IMG/VR virus record: IMGVR_UViG_3300024259_000011
Strand: one strand, 5' to 3'
Length of the DNA: 64,000 nucleotides
DNA from: a virus
Lineage: Duplodnaviria > Caudoviricetes
In this document: positions 35,635 to 46,500 of the stretch, in pieces
Position numbering within the stretch: position 1 is the stretch's first letter
Layout: each line of letters opens with the position of its first letter
Program-made: the position numbers and the translations under genes
The notes under the pieces: generated by a model
Databases searched by the model: none
What the model saw: only the letters and a program-made list of their open reading frames with translations
What the model was told of the DNA's origin: nothing

Positions 35635-38600
35635 TCATTTCTCACGGACTCCTGTTTCTTTGTCTCTTGTAGGTGCGCCCTCAATCTCATCTGCCGTTCT
35701 TTCATGCTTTTGGTTGAACTGAATATTCAGGTCTGCTGCTTTTCCGGTAGTTGTTGAAGTGATTCGGGCTTTAAACTTTTTGCCCCATACGTTAGTATCT
35801 GCTAAGCCTAACTGTACGTTACCTTTAGCCGCGTCGAACGCAGAAGTAAGCCCTTCATTCTTAATTAGTATCTGAGAGGGCGTTGGAGCAATTTTAATGT
35901 ACTTGTTAAAATATTTCTTATTTGTTCGCGGGACCAAATCTCTGAAATGGTACTCGCTAATCAGTGGGTAGACTGTGCCGTTTTCGTCCACAATCTCAAC
36001 TTGGAACACTGCAGTCGGATTTGAAACATTGCCATGTACATCGATTTGACGCACCGTGTAATAATATTTTGTATTTGGCATCAGTACATCAATCATGGTG
36101 GCAGCATCTGAATATTTTGGTAGAATATTATTAGCTGGAGCAGTCTCAGCCTCGCTTGGTATTCTAGTCGAAACCTTGTATTTGAGCGCGCCATCGAAAC
36201 TGGCATAGCTGTAAGGCGCAACAGTTGTACGATAAACCTCAAAGAATTCCGGTCGGTCGTCCGACTCATAAAGCAACGGATCGCCGGGTTCAATCTCATG
36301 AGTCTGATAGTCGTACTGATTGGCTGCAGCCTGTTGCTCCGTTTGGTTGAACTTGGGACCATAGCTGGCTTCTTGTGTGTTAATATAAATCGGGTGCATC
36401 TGCTGTCTGCCGACAGTTCCCTTGAATATCAGAAGCATCTTATGGTTAATCCCCTTGTAAGGGATGATTTCAAACTCTGGCACAACAGGGGCTGTGTCGA
36501 ACATCACGACCTTTTGGCTATGGATACGAGTCTTAACAATCTTCAGAACGGGAGTGTACCACACCTGCTGAGAATATGTTGCGTCAGCCCACGCCATCGT
36601 TTTAGTTATTGGGTCTCCCTGCTTTATCCTATTATAAAGTTCGGTAGGGGTTTTGATCAGCGGACTCATATCCAAGACGTTGTTTCCGCTGTTATATTTC
36701 GTTCCAATGACCAAGGTGTAGGCATAGATTTCATAGTTGTATTCTTTGCCATAATGAACTTGTGTGTCTACAAAATCGATATTGGTAATATCTGATGAGT
36801 TGGCAAACCAGAAGTTTTGAATTTCTCTGCCGGTGGCTACATCTGTCTTTCTCACTTGATACACCACAGTTTCTGCGTAGCCTAAGTCGCCTTTGAGGAC
36901 TTGGCTGTAGCTGCGGATATAGTCGGTGACCATATCTTTAATCTTTCCTAGAGCAATGATAGTTTTGATTTGTTGCTCTAAAGTATTCGTCATGCCCTTT
37001 CCGGAAATCGTAGCTGCGTGGGCGTGGAGGCGTCCTGTCATCTCGTCGGTGTTTTGGCGGCTGTTTAAGACAGACTGCAGCCATTTTTCAACATCCAAAA
37101 CTGTTCGGTTGTAAGCTTGGATGGACTGGCGTTGACCTAAGGCAATGCCACCATCATCGCGGCGCTTAAGAGTCATTTTGGGCTGTGATTCAAAAATCGA
37201 TTTGCGGGGTCCGAGGACCGGCTTCTTTGAGGCTGGAATCTCTTGAATAAGACGGGAGTTACCGGGCTGGCTGGCAATCAGTGAATCTATTAAAGTTGGC
37301 ATCAGACCCGCAGTATTGATGTGATCTGAAAACTGTGCAAAATGATCTGCAGTAAAGCTGATCTCCGCATGCAGCGGATAGTTTTCTCTTTGTTGCTGAG
37401 CGTCTTTCGTAATCGAAGAATAGTTGCCGCTGAAACACAGGTTCTTCATGTAGCCTGCAGCTTTAGCAGCTAACGGAGCCATTTCAAAAATCTTACTCAT
37501 TACTTCTCTGGTGAGTGCCGTATCTGCTAGTTGCAAATCGTTGCCAAGGTTTGCGACACCACCCGCAGTCCGTGTAGCATTAAAGCCTCTGACAACTCTT
37601 GCCAAGATTTGCCCATATTCATCCCAATATAAACTAGAAAGCTCCATGCTCTCTTTCGCATCCATTTCCTTTTTGGTCATTTTCCCTTTGAGCCTACCTG
37701 AGACAGCGCTCTTAATCGCGCCGCCCAAAGAGGCGTTAGCCTGTGCAACGTTGCTCGTAACTGGATCGCCCATGGATGTTTCTGCTGCTGACTGCACCAT
37801 AAGAGATGGCAAAAGCAACTCGGGACAATGCTTGGAGAACTTCTCATACCGTTGTGAATAAAAATTGTACTCTGATGATGCATGTGCGTGTGCTGATTTC
37901 CCAGTAGAGGCTAAGATTCTAGATTCCATTCTGTTGAATGGAACATTAACGTACGTTGAGTAATCCTCGTAATCTCTGCCGGCGCCGGCGGTCTGCAATG
38001 TAAACTGTCCGATGTAAGTACGCATCAAGTTCCACATGTACATGGAACCTTCTTGCAACCACATTTTGGGATCGATCCCTTCTTTAATAGCTGCTGCAGT
38101 GCCCTCTTGAGTGTCAAGAAACTTCTGTATCTCTGTCATGCGGTCTGAATCGATGCCGGCAACGTGAGCATAGTATTGGTTAAAGGTGCTCTCGATTGGC
38201 AAAAGCTTAATGTTTTCTTGATATACCGGAAACAAGCCGGCTCTGGCGCCGGCGCTGGATCGGCTTGAATCTCTCCATGATAGCATGCGCTCCTCTTGCC
38301 CGGGAGAAAGAACACCGTCGCCAGTTTTTGGAGTCTGGTCCGAAAAAACAATATCAAACGGTAGCGAGTTAAATGCCATGTTATCAGCTTCTTTCTTCAT
38401 TGAGCCGGAAAGAAACATTATGCTTTTAGGGGGCGCGTCAGTCGGGGATAGATCATTAGGTTCAAGATGAACTGACCATATTCGATTTGCGAAGATCCGG
38501 ACTGGATCGATTTCTGCAAATGCGGCGGTGCCCGACTTATTAACGCCGTCAATTTGTTCCTGAGTCATCTTGTATTCAGTAAAGGCTAAGTCGGTTTCTC

Positions 38601-38835
38601 CAGAGACTTGAGCCTCTGGATCTAATAGGTATTTGTCGGCGCGCTGGAGAGATTTATAAAACCCTAGAATATTGACGCGACTTCCCTTATTGTAAATGGA
38701 AAGACCGCGACCCATTGCCTTGTTGGAGGCGCCTGCAGTTACACCGTAAGCCTTGTCAAACCGCAGCGAACGTGCGGGCAAGTTCAGCCCATACGCAGTA
38801 GTTGAAATCAAATATTGTTTCTTGCCTGATGCCAT
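35635..38835 (-). CDS. Large hypothetical protein (1066 aa), possible FN3-like C-terminal region
   Basis: Long ORF; FVDTQVHYGKEYNYEIYAY and PNTKYYYTVRQIDVHGNVS resemble fibronectin-III strand motifs. Confidence 0.75.
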   Translation of the reverse strand: MASGKKQYLISTTAYGLNLPARSLRFDKAYGVTAGASNKAMGRGLSIYNKGSRVNILGFYKSLQRADKYLLDPEAQVSGETDLAFTEYKMTQEQIDGVNKSGTAAFAEIDPVRIFANRIWSVHLEPNDLSPTDAPPKSIMFLSGSMKKEADNMAFNSLPFDIVFSDQTPKTGDGVLSPGQEERMLSWRDSSRSSAGARAGLFPVYQENIKLLPIESTFNQYYAHVAGIDSDRMTEIQKFLDTQEGTAAAIKEGIDPKMWLQEGSMYMWNLMRTYIGQFTLQTAGAGRDYEDYSTYVNVPFNRMESRILASTGKSAHAHASSEYNFYSQRYEKFSKHCPELLLPSLMVQSAAETSMGDPVTSNVAQANASLGGAIKSAVSGRLKGKMTKKEMDAKESMELSSLYWDEYGQILARVVRGFNATRTAGGVANLGNDLQLADTALTREVMSKIFEMAPLAAKAAGYMKNLCFSGNYSSITKDAQQQRENYPLHAEISFTADHFAQFSDHINTAGLMPTLIDSLIASQPGNSRLIQEIPASKKPVLGPRKSIFESQPKMTLKRRDDGGIALGQRQSIQAYNRTVLDVEKWLQSVLNSRQNTDEMTGRLHAHAATISGKGMTNTLEQQIKTIIALGKIKDMVTDYIRSYSQVLKGDLGYAETVVYQVRKTDVATGREIQNFWFANSSDITNIDFVDTQVHYGKEYNYEIYAYTLVIGTKYNSGNNVLDMSPLIKTPTELYNRIKQGDPITKTMAWADATYSQQVWYTPVLKIVKTRIHSQKVVMFDTAPVVPEFEIIPYKGINHKMLLIFKGTVGRQQMHPIYINTQEASYGPKFNQTEQQAAANQYDYQTHEIEPGDPLLYESDDRPEFFEVYRTTVAPYSYASFDGALKYKVSTRIPSEAETAPANNILPKYSDAATMIDVLMPNTKYYYTVRQIDVHGNVSNPTAVFQVEIVDENGTVYPLISEYHFRDLVPRTNKKYFNKYIKIAPTPSQILIKNEGLTSAFDAAKGNVQLGLADTNVWGKKFKARITSTTTGKAADLNIQFNQKHERTADEIEGAPTRDKETGVREK

Positions 38836-41800
38836 TAGTCTGTATGCAATCCTTCTCTTACAATCTGTGTAGCCGGAGTAGTCAGCCCAATCTTACGCTT
38901 CATACCGGTAAGGGGCGCATCTCCGTTTCCTACAAGAATAAACTTTGCATTCCAGATTGGCAAGTCCATTGCTTTTGGAAACGAAATACGCACAGCTTCA
39001 TTGTTGTAGGGTCGAAGGCGACACAGTATCTGCGTACCCTCTCTTCTATTTAGTGTCACAACCAGACTTTTTTCTAAGGGGAGCCAAATCTCAGAGCCAA
39101 TTGATTTTTCATATTTGGGCTGAAGATTTGATGGGCGGTATCCTGCGAGGAATTCAACTCGTACGTTCATCATAAAGTATAGCTGGTACAACATGTTATA
39201 GAATGGATCGTCCCAGTGAGCCTGATCCATCCGGTTCTTAATGTTGTCCAATACAGAATCTCCGTTCAATGCAGAGATGGCTGCGGCTTGGATGGATGGC
39301 GGGAGCTTGTTCAGCATGCTAGCAAAATGGTTAAACACGGATTCCCAGCTACCAGCGCCCATTTTCGCAGACTCTTCCAACATGAAAAAGACAACTGCCA
39401 TGGCACTAAAGTTGGGTGCATTTGGATCAGCCGGTTTTTGCTTCGTTGAGTGTAAATAGTCTCTTTTGGTAGTGGTTAACATCTGTAAGAGAAAATGAGT
39501 TTCTTGTTCTGTTTCATAGCCGGCTGTGAGGTTCTGAAGGGCTCCAAGGATATCGCTTGTATCAGCGTCAGCGCCCCACTCGGTGCTAGCCATAGCTGAG
39601 GGGAATACATCTTGAAAATCGATCTCGTCATCCTCCTCAACTGTAAGTGTCGCTAACGAAAACATCGATGGGAAGGGTGTACCGGTGCCGCCGTCTTCCA
39701 CTCCGGAAGTCATGGCTCGCGGACTAATCGCGGTCGGATAATCTGACAACTCTCTATCAACTTGCTCTTTAGTCATCAAAGTTGCTCCAAACTCCGGAGC
39801 CAGTGCCTGCCCCAAACGCTGCTTGGAGTCCACTGTAAGAACATTGACCTGATCTGCTTTTCTCTTGGAACCAATATACTGAACAAGGCTTTTAAGAGAA
39901 TCTGTCATAGCAGACATGTCTGGACCGTTTGTGCCGTCAGAGTTCTTATACCTATTTCTAACTGTCTGTAGATTAATGGTATTCTCCGGACCTAGGACAT
40001 TCATCGTGCGTGCAGACAAACATCGGAATGCCGAAGTTGCACTAGGAATAGCTGTTGGGCTAATGAAGTACTTTGTTATTTCCTCGTTGGCTCGGTTAAT
40101 ATAGTCGCTGGTGCTGACCAGCCCAAGAGAGGCTGGACCTCCAGCGGCAGACATCTGCAAGAAAGAGGCTCCCGTAAAAGGAGGCGCGTCTGAATCAAAC
40201 GCATCATTTGCGAAATAAGTCTTATAAGTGATTGTCCGGTTCGTTACCCCGGAGCCACCATTTGGTGTTGATGGGTTAGACGCTGCAGACGAGTTGGATG
40301 CTGGCGTCTCAGCAGAAATCAGGTCTTGAACAACTTTAATATATTTTTCTAATGTGTCGATCACTGCACTGATTCCCCGAGGTGTTCCGGATCTGGGGTT
40401 GCAAATACTGGATAGGTTCTTTCGCATCTTTTCTTTCTTTTGTCGTGTCATCTTTTCGGAAACAACAAGATCCATTAGCTCTACGAAAGCTCTGGGGGCA
40501 GCATCCCATGGGCGTGACCTTCCATATTTGGAAGTGGCAAACTGAAGGAACTCCCTTGTGAATTTGTTTGTTGTCGGATCGTAGTGTCCAACCTGAGTCT
40601 GGTTTCGAGTGTTTGTGTTGGATCTGGCTTCACCGGCAACAATAGCCACTGTTGCCTTGGCGCGCTGACCGTCCGGACTTACAAACTTGGTACCCACATG
40701 TGGGTCTGTGTATGTCATCTTATAACGATTAACCACTGGAATATTCGCGAACACCTCATACTCTCTGAGCCTCGCTACCTGTTTTTGCATACGCTTAAGG
40801 TGGCGAGCAATATATACTGGAACATAATCCCTAACCGTAATCTCGACACCATATTGATATATGCCAACTGTCCGATCTTTAACGCCCATATCTTTCCCGG
40901 TGAAATGCCGGATTCTAAAATCTTTGCCGTTGGAGTCTCCATGGCTGAGTTCGACTTCTCTGACCCCACCACCGCCTTTACGACCTTTCCTCTCCCCGGT
41001 ATCAGCCACAGTAATACGCTGCGTTGGAGGTACCTTGCCGGTGCGATTGGACTTGGACGACACAACAATGTGATCGACCTGCTCGGCGTCCCATGGCTCG
41101 TAAACATTCGGGAATCCTCGGGCGTAGGCACCTTGTTTATGGTGCTTGACCCGGCGTCTCAAAATCTTAATTTCTTGGATCGAGCAACGCCTCAGCACTG
41201 TATCGCGAAGACTGTCTTCGACATTATCAAAGAATCTGCCATACATAGAGTTGTCCTTCATAAAGTCCAAATGGCTATAGCCAAAAAGAAATCCGCATGC
41301 CCGGGAGGAATCAGAAGTCAGATGCACATCGCTGAAGTACTTGTGACGATATGCTGGCAATGTAGTAAAATGTTGTCCTGCTCCGGAAGCTAGCCGATTC
41401 AAGATATTAACCTGTGACAAGTCGATGGTATACGCGGGTACAACATCGTCCACATCCCTAAAGTCGGAGATTCTAGAATCGCCCAGATTAAGCTCGCCGG
41501 CTTCAACAGTGGTAAGCCATTCTCCATTCATGCTATACTGATTCGCATTCATGTTGACTGACGTAGTATTAAGGTTATTATCTTCTAAAAGCGCTTCGAT
41601 GTTTAAAAGCGTACAAACGTAATAGGAAAGATGGCTTGGCGTGGCTGATTTGACTTCAAACTGAAACTTTATCGGAAAGTCATATACGGTATTTCCATTG
41701 GTATCTATGCTGGCAAATCCTGCCAACATCAGATCTTGCTCGGAGATTGCGTTACCAGTTGTAGAACTGTCAATGCTATTCACGATGTCTTGGACTGACG

Positions 41801-42395
41801 AGTATTTAATGCTCACGTCATTTTTAACTTTTACGAGGTTTCCTGCGCCCGGGACAGGGGGCTTGGCTTCCATTAGCTGCTGTTTCGTAATGATGCCTGA
41901 CAAATAGTTGAAAGCAGCCGTCATAGCTGGTCCGGAGGCTCCCTTGAGAAGTTTTTTGTACGCATCAACCGACCTTTTACTAGTAAACTGTGCGACCGTA
42001 ATGTATAGATATTTGGTAATATCTTGGCTCATGAACCACTGAGACGCTACATCATCCGCAGCGAGGGTGTCTCTAACGGCACAGTCGAGCGTGATAGCCG
42101 TTGTCTCTTTGTTGCTTGTTTTAAAGCCCATCAACGTGCCCGCTTGGGCTAGCTGATCGCCTGTTCCCGCATCGAGCCCTAAGCCAACGCTGGAAAGAAG
42201 CTGCTCGAAACGGGCGCCGCCATCGACGCCTAGAGCATTTTGCAACTCGGCGCGCTTGAATACCGGAACATTTTCTTCAACAATGTGTGGGTTTCTTTCA
42301 AGCTCGATTTGACCGCCAAGTGTTTCAACGGTGACTACTTTGACAACCGCCGAAGGAAGCAAATCTGCTAAAAAGTTTAAGTCGTTACCAGCCAT
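38835..42395 (-). CDS. Large hypothetical protein (1186 aa)
   Basis: Long ORF coupled to both neighbours by stop/start overlaps; no recognised motif. Confidence 0.8.
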   Translation of the reverse strand: MAGNDLNFLADLLPSAVVKVVTVETLGGQIELERNPHIVEENVPVFKRAELQNALGVDGGARFEQLLSSVGLGLDAGTGDQLAQAGTLMGFKTSNKETTAITLDCAVRDTLAADDVASQWFMSQDITKYLYITVAQFTSKRSVDAYKKLLKGASGPAMTAAFNYLSGIITKQQLMEAKPPVPGAGNLVKVKNDVSIKYSSVQDIVNSIDSSTTGNAISEQDLMLAGFASIDTNGNTVYDFPIKFQFEVKSATPSHLSYYVCTLLNIEALLEDNNLNTTSVNMNANQYSMNGEWLTTVEAGELNLGDSRISDFRDVDDVVPAYTIDLSQVNILNRLASGAGQHFTTLPAYRHKYFSDVHLTSDSSRACGFLFGYSHLDFMKDNSMYGRFFDNVEDSLRDTVLRRCSIQEIKILRRRVKHHKQGAYARGFPNVYEPWDAEQVDHIVVSSKSNRTGKVPPTQRITVADTGERKGRKGGGGVREVELSHGDSNGKDFRIRHFTGKDMGVKDRTVGIYQYGVEITVRDYVPVYIARHLKRMQKQVARLREYEVFANIPVVNRYKMTYTDPHVGTKFVSPDGQRAKATVAIVAGEARSNTNTRNQTQVGHYDPTTNKFTREFLQFATSKYGRSRPWDAAPRAFVELMDLVVSEKMTRQKKEKMRKNLSSICNPRSGTPRGISAVIDTLEKYIKVVQDLISAETPASNSSAASNPSTPNGGSGVTNRTITYKTYFANDAFDSDAPPFTGASFLQMSAAGGPASLGLVSTSDYINRANEEITKYFISPTAIPSATSAFRCLSARTMNVLGPENTINLQTVRNRYKNSDGTNGPDMSAMTDSLKSLVQYIGSKRKADQVNVLTVDSKQRLGQALAPEFGATLMTKEQVDRELSDYPTAISPRAMTSGVEDGGTGTPFPSMFSLATLTVEEDDEIDFQDVFPSAMASTEWGADADTSDILGALQNLTAGYETEQETHFLLQMLTTTKRDYLHSTKQKPADPNAPNFSAMAVVFFMLEESAKMGAGSWESVFNHFASMLNKLPPSIQAAAISALNGDSVLDNIKNRMDQAHWDDPFYNMLYQLYFMMNVRVEFLAGYRPSNLQPKYEKSIGSEIWLPLEKSLVVTLNRREGTQILCRLRPYNNEAVRISFPKAMDLPIWNAKFILVGNGDAPLTGMKRKIGLTTPATQIVREGLHTD

Positions 42396-43531
42396 TATTC
42401 ACATTCTCCCCCGCATAGTTCATCAAGCAGTTGTGTGTCTTCCGACTTGTAAAGCACGGAACCCGGATCATCTGTTGCTTCGTAGCAAGAGAGCACACGG
42501 GACCAAGCCATTTTAGCCTCATCATCTGTCGCGATGTAAGTGCAAACCGATTTATCGTCAATCTCTTCATCTGATTTTACATCCATAAAATATTCCACAT
42601 ATGACGCATCAACTTTTGTTACATCAATTTTTGGGATCTGTCTGGGATCGAGTAGAATGTCATTCACAATAGCTTTCGGATACTTAACAAAACTCATGCG
42701 CTCCAAGCTTTGACCGGAGCGGTCACGGGGCTGTAATGTTTCGTCTTCCGTCACTTCCCATACCTCTACATAAAACTGGTCTACGGCTAAAGCAGAATTC
42801 TGTTCATTAACCTCTAGGATTAAATAGTTGTCGTCCACAACTATCATTGTCTCATCTGCAAATTTAGTTGTCAAGTAGTGCTCTGGTGGCATGGGTCTGA
42901 AATGATCGTAATCTGGAATGGGGGAGTTGTGGTCCCATTGTTCGTCGCCGGCATTAGGATCGCCAATGCTGCTCTCGCCTAACGGACTTGGATCTTTATA
43001 AATCTTCGTTGTGTAATCAATATCAACTTTAAGTTGAGGGATCTTTGTAATATTCTCGTATGAACTGCTGGCATATGCCATGCTAGCTGTAAACTTATTT
43101 TTAAGCGCTTTGATTTCCCAAGAGGGAATATACATCTGACGCTCTGAAACTACCGTAGAGTTACCCAATGGCAGAATATATGGCGCTCTGCTTGTCGCTC
43201 CTAAAAGGGCGCTGGCATATGTGCCTTGTGCCCCTACACCCATTGACTGCCCTTGTGGTGTCGCGTTCTTGACACGGCGAGTTAACTTTTTAACTTGCTT
43301 GGGCAGATCGCTATATGAGGTTTGTGCGCGTAAAGCGGGAGTTTGTTCTTGGATTCTGGCTTCAGTTGTGCCAGAGATCTCTGGTGCCCCAGTATACCGG
43401 CTGTCGTAAATAATATCTTCGTCGAAGAAAGCATAATAGGCAGGCGCCCACTTACCCTTGGAAAGTTTATATTTTCCATAAGATGTGAGGATAACCTCTA
43501 TTACTTCTTCTTTTTTATTAAAAAACGACAT
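42395..43531 (-). CDS. Virion structural protein (378 aa)
   Basis: MSFFNKKEEVIEVILTSYGKYKLSKG...YAFFDEDIIYD resembles the N-terminus of 34576..35529; GGAGG SD. Confidence 0.65.
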   Translation of the reverse strand: MSFFNKKEEVIEVILTSYGKYKLSKGKWAPAYYAFFDEDIIYDSRYTGAPEISGTTEARIQEQTPALRAQTSYSDLPKQVKKLTRRVKNATPQGQSMGVGAQGTYASALLGATSRAPYILPLGNSTVVSERQMYIPSWEIKALKNKFTASMAYASSSYENITKIPQLKVDIDYTTKIYKDPSPLGESSIGDPNAGDEQWDHNSPIPDYDHFRPMPPEHYLTTKFADETMIVVDDNYLILEVNEQNSALAVDQFYVEVWEVTEDETLQPRDRSGQSLERMSFVKYPKAIVNDILLDPRQIPKIDVTKVDASYVEYFMDVKSDEEIDDKSVCTYIATDDEAKMAWSRVLSCYEATDDPGSVLYKSEDTQLLDELCGGECE

Positions 43532-43536
43532 TTACA

Positions 43537-46500
43537 TTACCTCCTCCCCACGGATGGTGAGCCCCACGACGCCCCAACTGCGGCGGAAGCTGCCGCTGAT
43601 GTGCTTGCCCTCATGCTCATTCGTCTTGAAGATTCCAAAACACTGCTAGCAAGAGAAGTGACGGCAGAAGCCCCGCTTTCTCCCGTGTCCATCGTAGGCG
43701 CCATAGTAATCTGTTGGCTCAAGTCTTGCAGTTCAATGTCGCTTATTAGTTTCTTATTTTTGAGGCTAATCGACATGTCGAGTTTAGTTGTCTCGACCAG
43801 AGAGAAGAAATCGTATGGCCAGTTGTAACTCCAGTCAGGTGTAGTCGTGCTTGATGCATTTTTAAACTTGAACCTAAACCTGCTATCGTCTGTGTCATCT
43901 GAGGTCTTCGCAAAGTAGTTAATCGCTGCACGTTGCTTAATCTTGAACACCATAAATCGGATTTGCGGAGGTACTTTAGTACCGCCAGTATCAGATGCTG
44001 CCCCAAGAAGCTCCAGAACATTAAGATCATGCGTGACCGACTTCGTTACCTGCTTCATAACCTTTCCAGAATCGGGGTACAATCCCTGCCACATATCTGC
44101 CAAATCTTGACCATCAAACTGATGCTCAAATTCAAACATGTACATTGCGTACGGATTTGCAGTGTCGTTGCGAGCAAAATCCAAGTGAGGGGGAAGCACA
44201 TAATCTTCCATTAGGCGCATTTGCCTTAAGACAGAAGCCCCAAGGTTCACTTGCAAGCCACTTTTCGGAGACTTGGCTTTGCCTTCCAGCGACAGCCCGT
44301 TTTCAAGCGCTGACCAATAAGTAACATTCTCGTAATCATTGCGACCATAATACCGATCAATCTGATCTCTGTTAAGTTCCACAAAGTGGCGGCGACCTCT
44401 GACCATAATATAAGGCATCGCAACCACTGCCTCTTTAACCTTCTTAACTTCTGCTACTTGTCCAAGCTTCTTGGCTGTGGGGTCAAACCCCACTAAGGAG
44501 CCTAATGACCTTGTGAGTGCGGGGATGCCTGACCGGGGCAAGAACTTGCCCGAAGGCACTGTTCGTGGTGATCCTACGGCATCTTGTATCTTGTGAAGAT
44601 ATTTTGCAGGATTACCCAAGCCAAATCCTTGCAGCGTCATAATGGGACTGCGAAGGTTCATGTCGGCAGTCCGGACATTAGCAATATGAACCGGGTTGGA
44701 ATACCACATTTCAATCGGATCTATGATAAACTGTTCCGGAATACTCTTACCGCGATTGGCGTGGGATCCCGTACTGTTGGAGACCCAGCCAGCGGCGGTG
44801 GCGTCCCAACCTCTCATACCCAAAGGATAAATATCTTCAAGACTCCGGAGATGGTTGGTGCTATATGCGTTATCGGCGGCAAGACCCGGGAGAGTTCCGT
44901 CAGCATGGAAGCCCTGAACACCTGCTTTTTCGCCGCCGCCGCCGGTGCCTTGAGCAGTTAACGAGCCGCTACAATTTGCGGGAGAGTCGTTGCTGTCACC
45001 GGCATAGTAATAGTCGCTAGCCCATCTTTGGTATGAAGTTTCGCCGGCAGTAAAACCGCTGATCAAACGGTTGCCGTTCGGGAAGACAGGCGCCGTTCCG
45101 GAAAGCGGACCATCGATAATATGATCTGCAACAAGCTGGCGGTTGGCTGGGGTGTCTCCGCCGCCTTCGCCCCTTCTAGAATACGAGCCAGTATATCCAC
45201 AAAGAATATCAGCCTTTCCTTGACCAACTGAACTGGAGACAACGTAGCTTGTATTAAAAGTGTTCGCAGGAATCTTTCCGCCGACCAGCGGTCCATAGTG
45301 TGCAGTGCCTTGGGCGCTATGGGTCAAGTGAAGGAGAGTGCCCGTAGAGAATGTTTTAACCTCATAGCCCAGCTTATTTGTATAGTACGGATGAGTGTTG
45401 TCATACGCATGGCTATAGAAACTAGCACCTAGGGCATCGCCAAAGGAACCTGTTCCAATGTTATTGGAGAAGTGAGGTTCTTCTGGAATAACGCCTCTCT
45501 TGTTCTTATGGAGCGGACTTCTGTATCCTGCTGCCAATGCAGCCACATCTACGTTCGGGTTGTTTGGCACAGAGTGCTCCCATTGGCTATAATAATTTCT
45601 GAATGGGATTGGTCCGCCTTCGTCATTGAAGGAGCCTGTCAGTTTTCCGATGCCCATTAAGCGCTGTCTGGCAGAGCTTGTGCCCGGGTAGCCTCGATTG
45701 AGATGGGTCTGCAAATCGATAGGAGAAGCGGCTTTGGTGGCGCCGCCGGCGAGATTGGGACCGCCTATGTGACCGTAGTTGAAGTTCGGCAGATTTTGAT
45801 CAGTTGCTGCGTTGCCGGTGGTGATGTTGAATCCCGTAGCGGAGGACCATACTATGTTTGCGGAGCCGGCGTCGGTTACACCGGTGTCATTGCCTGCTTG
45901 TCCGCCTTTTACGGATCTTAAGATAATGCGGTCGGTCCCAAGACCATGCTGAGCATGGGCGGTAGCCTCGATTGTTGACCCTTGTAGCGTGTTAATACAC
46001 AAGACTATAGCCGTTGCAACTACCTGATTGGATACGCCCGATCTGATAAATTGTCCGTTGGCGGCGTCGGTGGCATCTTTCGCGGTATATACTTGAGATG
46101 CGCCGGCGTAATCTGTAATCGTTATAGTCTGGTTCAACGCAGGGGGAGTAGGCGTGCCGTCAGGATCGCCATCAACTTGAAAACTTGCCATGGCATGTGT
46201 ACTAGTGCTTCCGCCGGCGTGGGCTGAGCCGCTGATAATATTGGAACCGGTGACTTCGGCAGTAATATAGAAGCCTCGTTCATAACAAGGGGCGCTACCG
46301 GAGATGCCCGGGGCAACTGCTGAAGTTCTCGTAATCGGACAGCCCCAAGTTGTATCCAGAATCGTTCCGTCGTCTGCAGAGATAAGTTGCAAGTGGGTCA
46401 TGTCTGCAATAATGCCAGCAAGCGAACCGGTTGACATCAGACGCCAGCGCATATATTGCTGTGCGCCGGAGTTGTCCTCTCGGGCTCCGGACCTTCCAGA

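Noticed and set aside
40584-41393. 269-aa plus-strand ORF, and the other plus-strand ORFs such as 6351..6959, 17926..18414, 28160..28657 and 36298..36795
   Set aside because: All lie antisense to long, motif-bearing minus-strand genes. No convincing SD or recognisable motif was seen, so they are best explained as codon-bias shadows.
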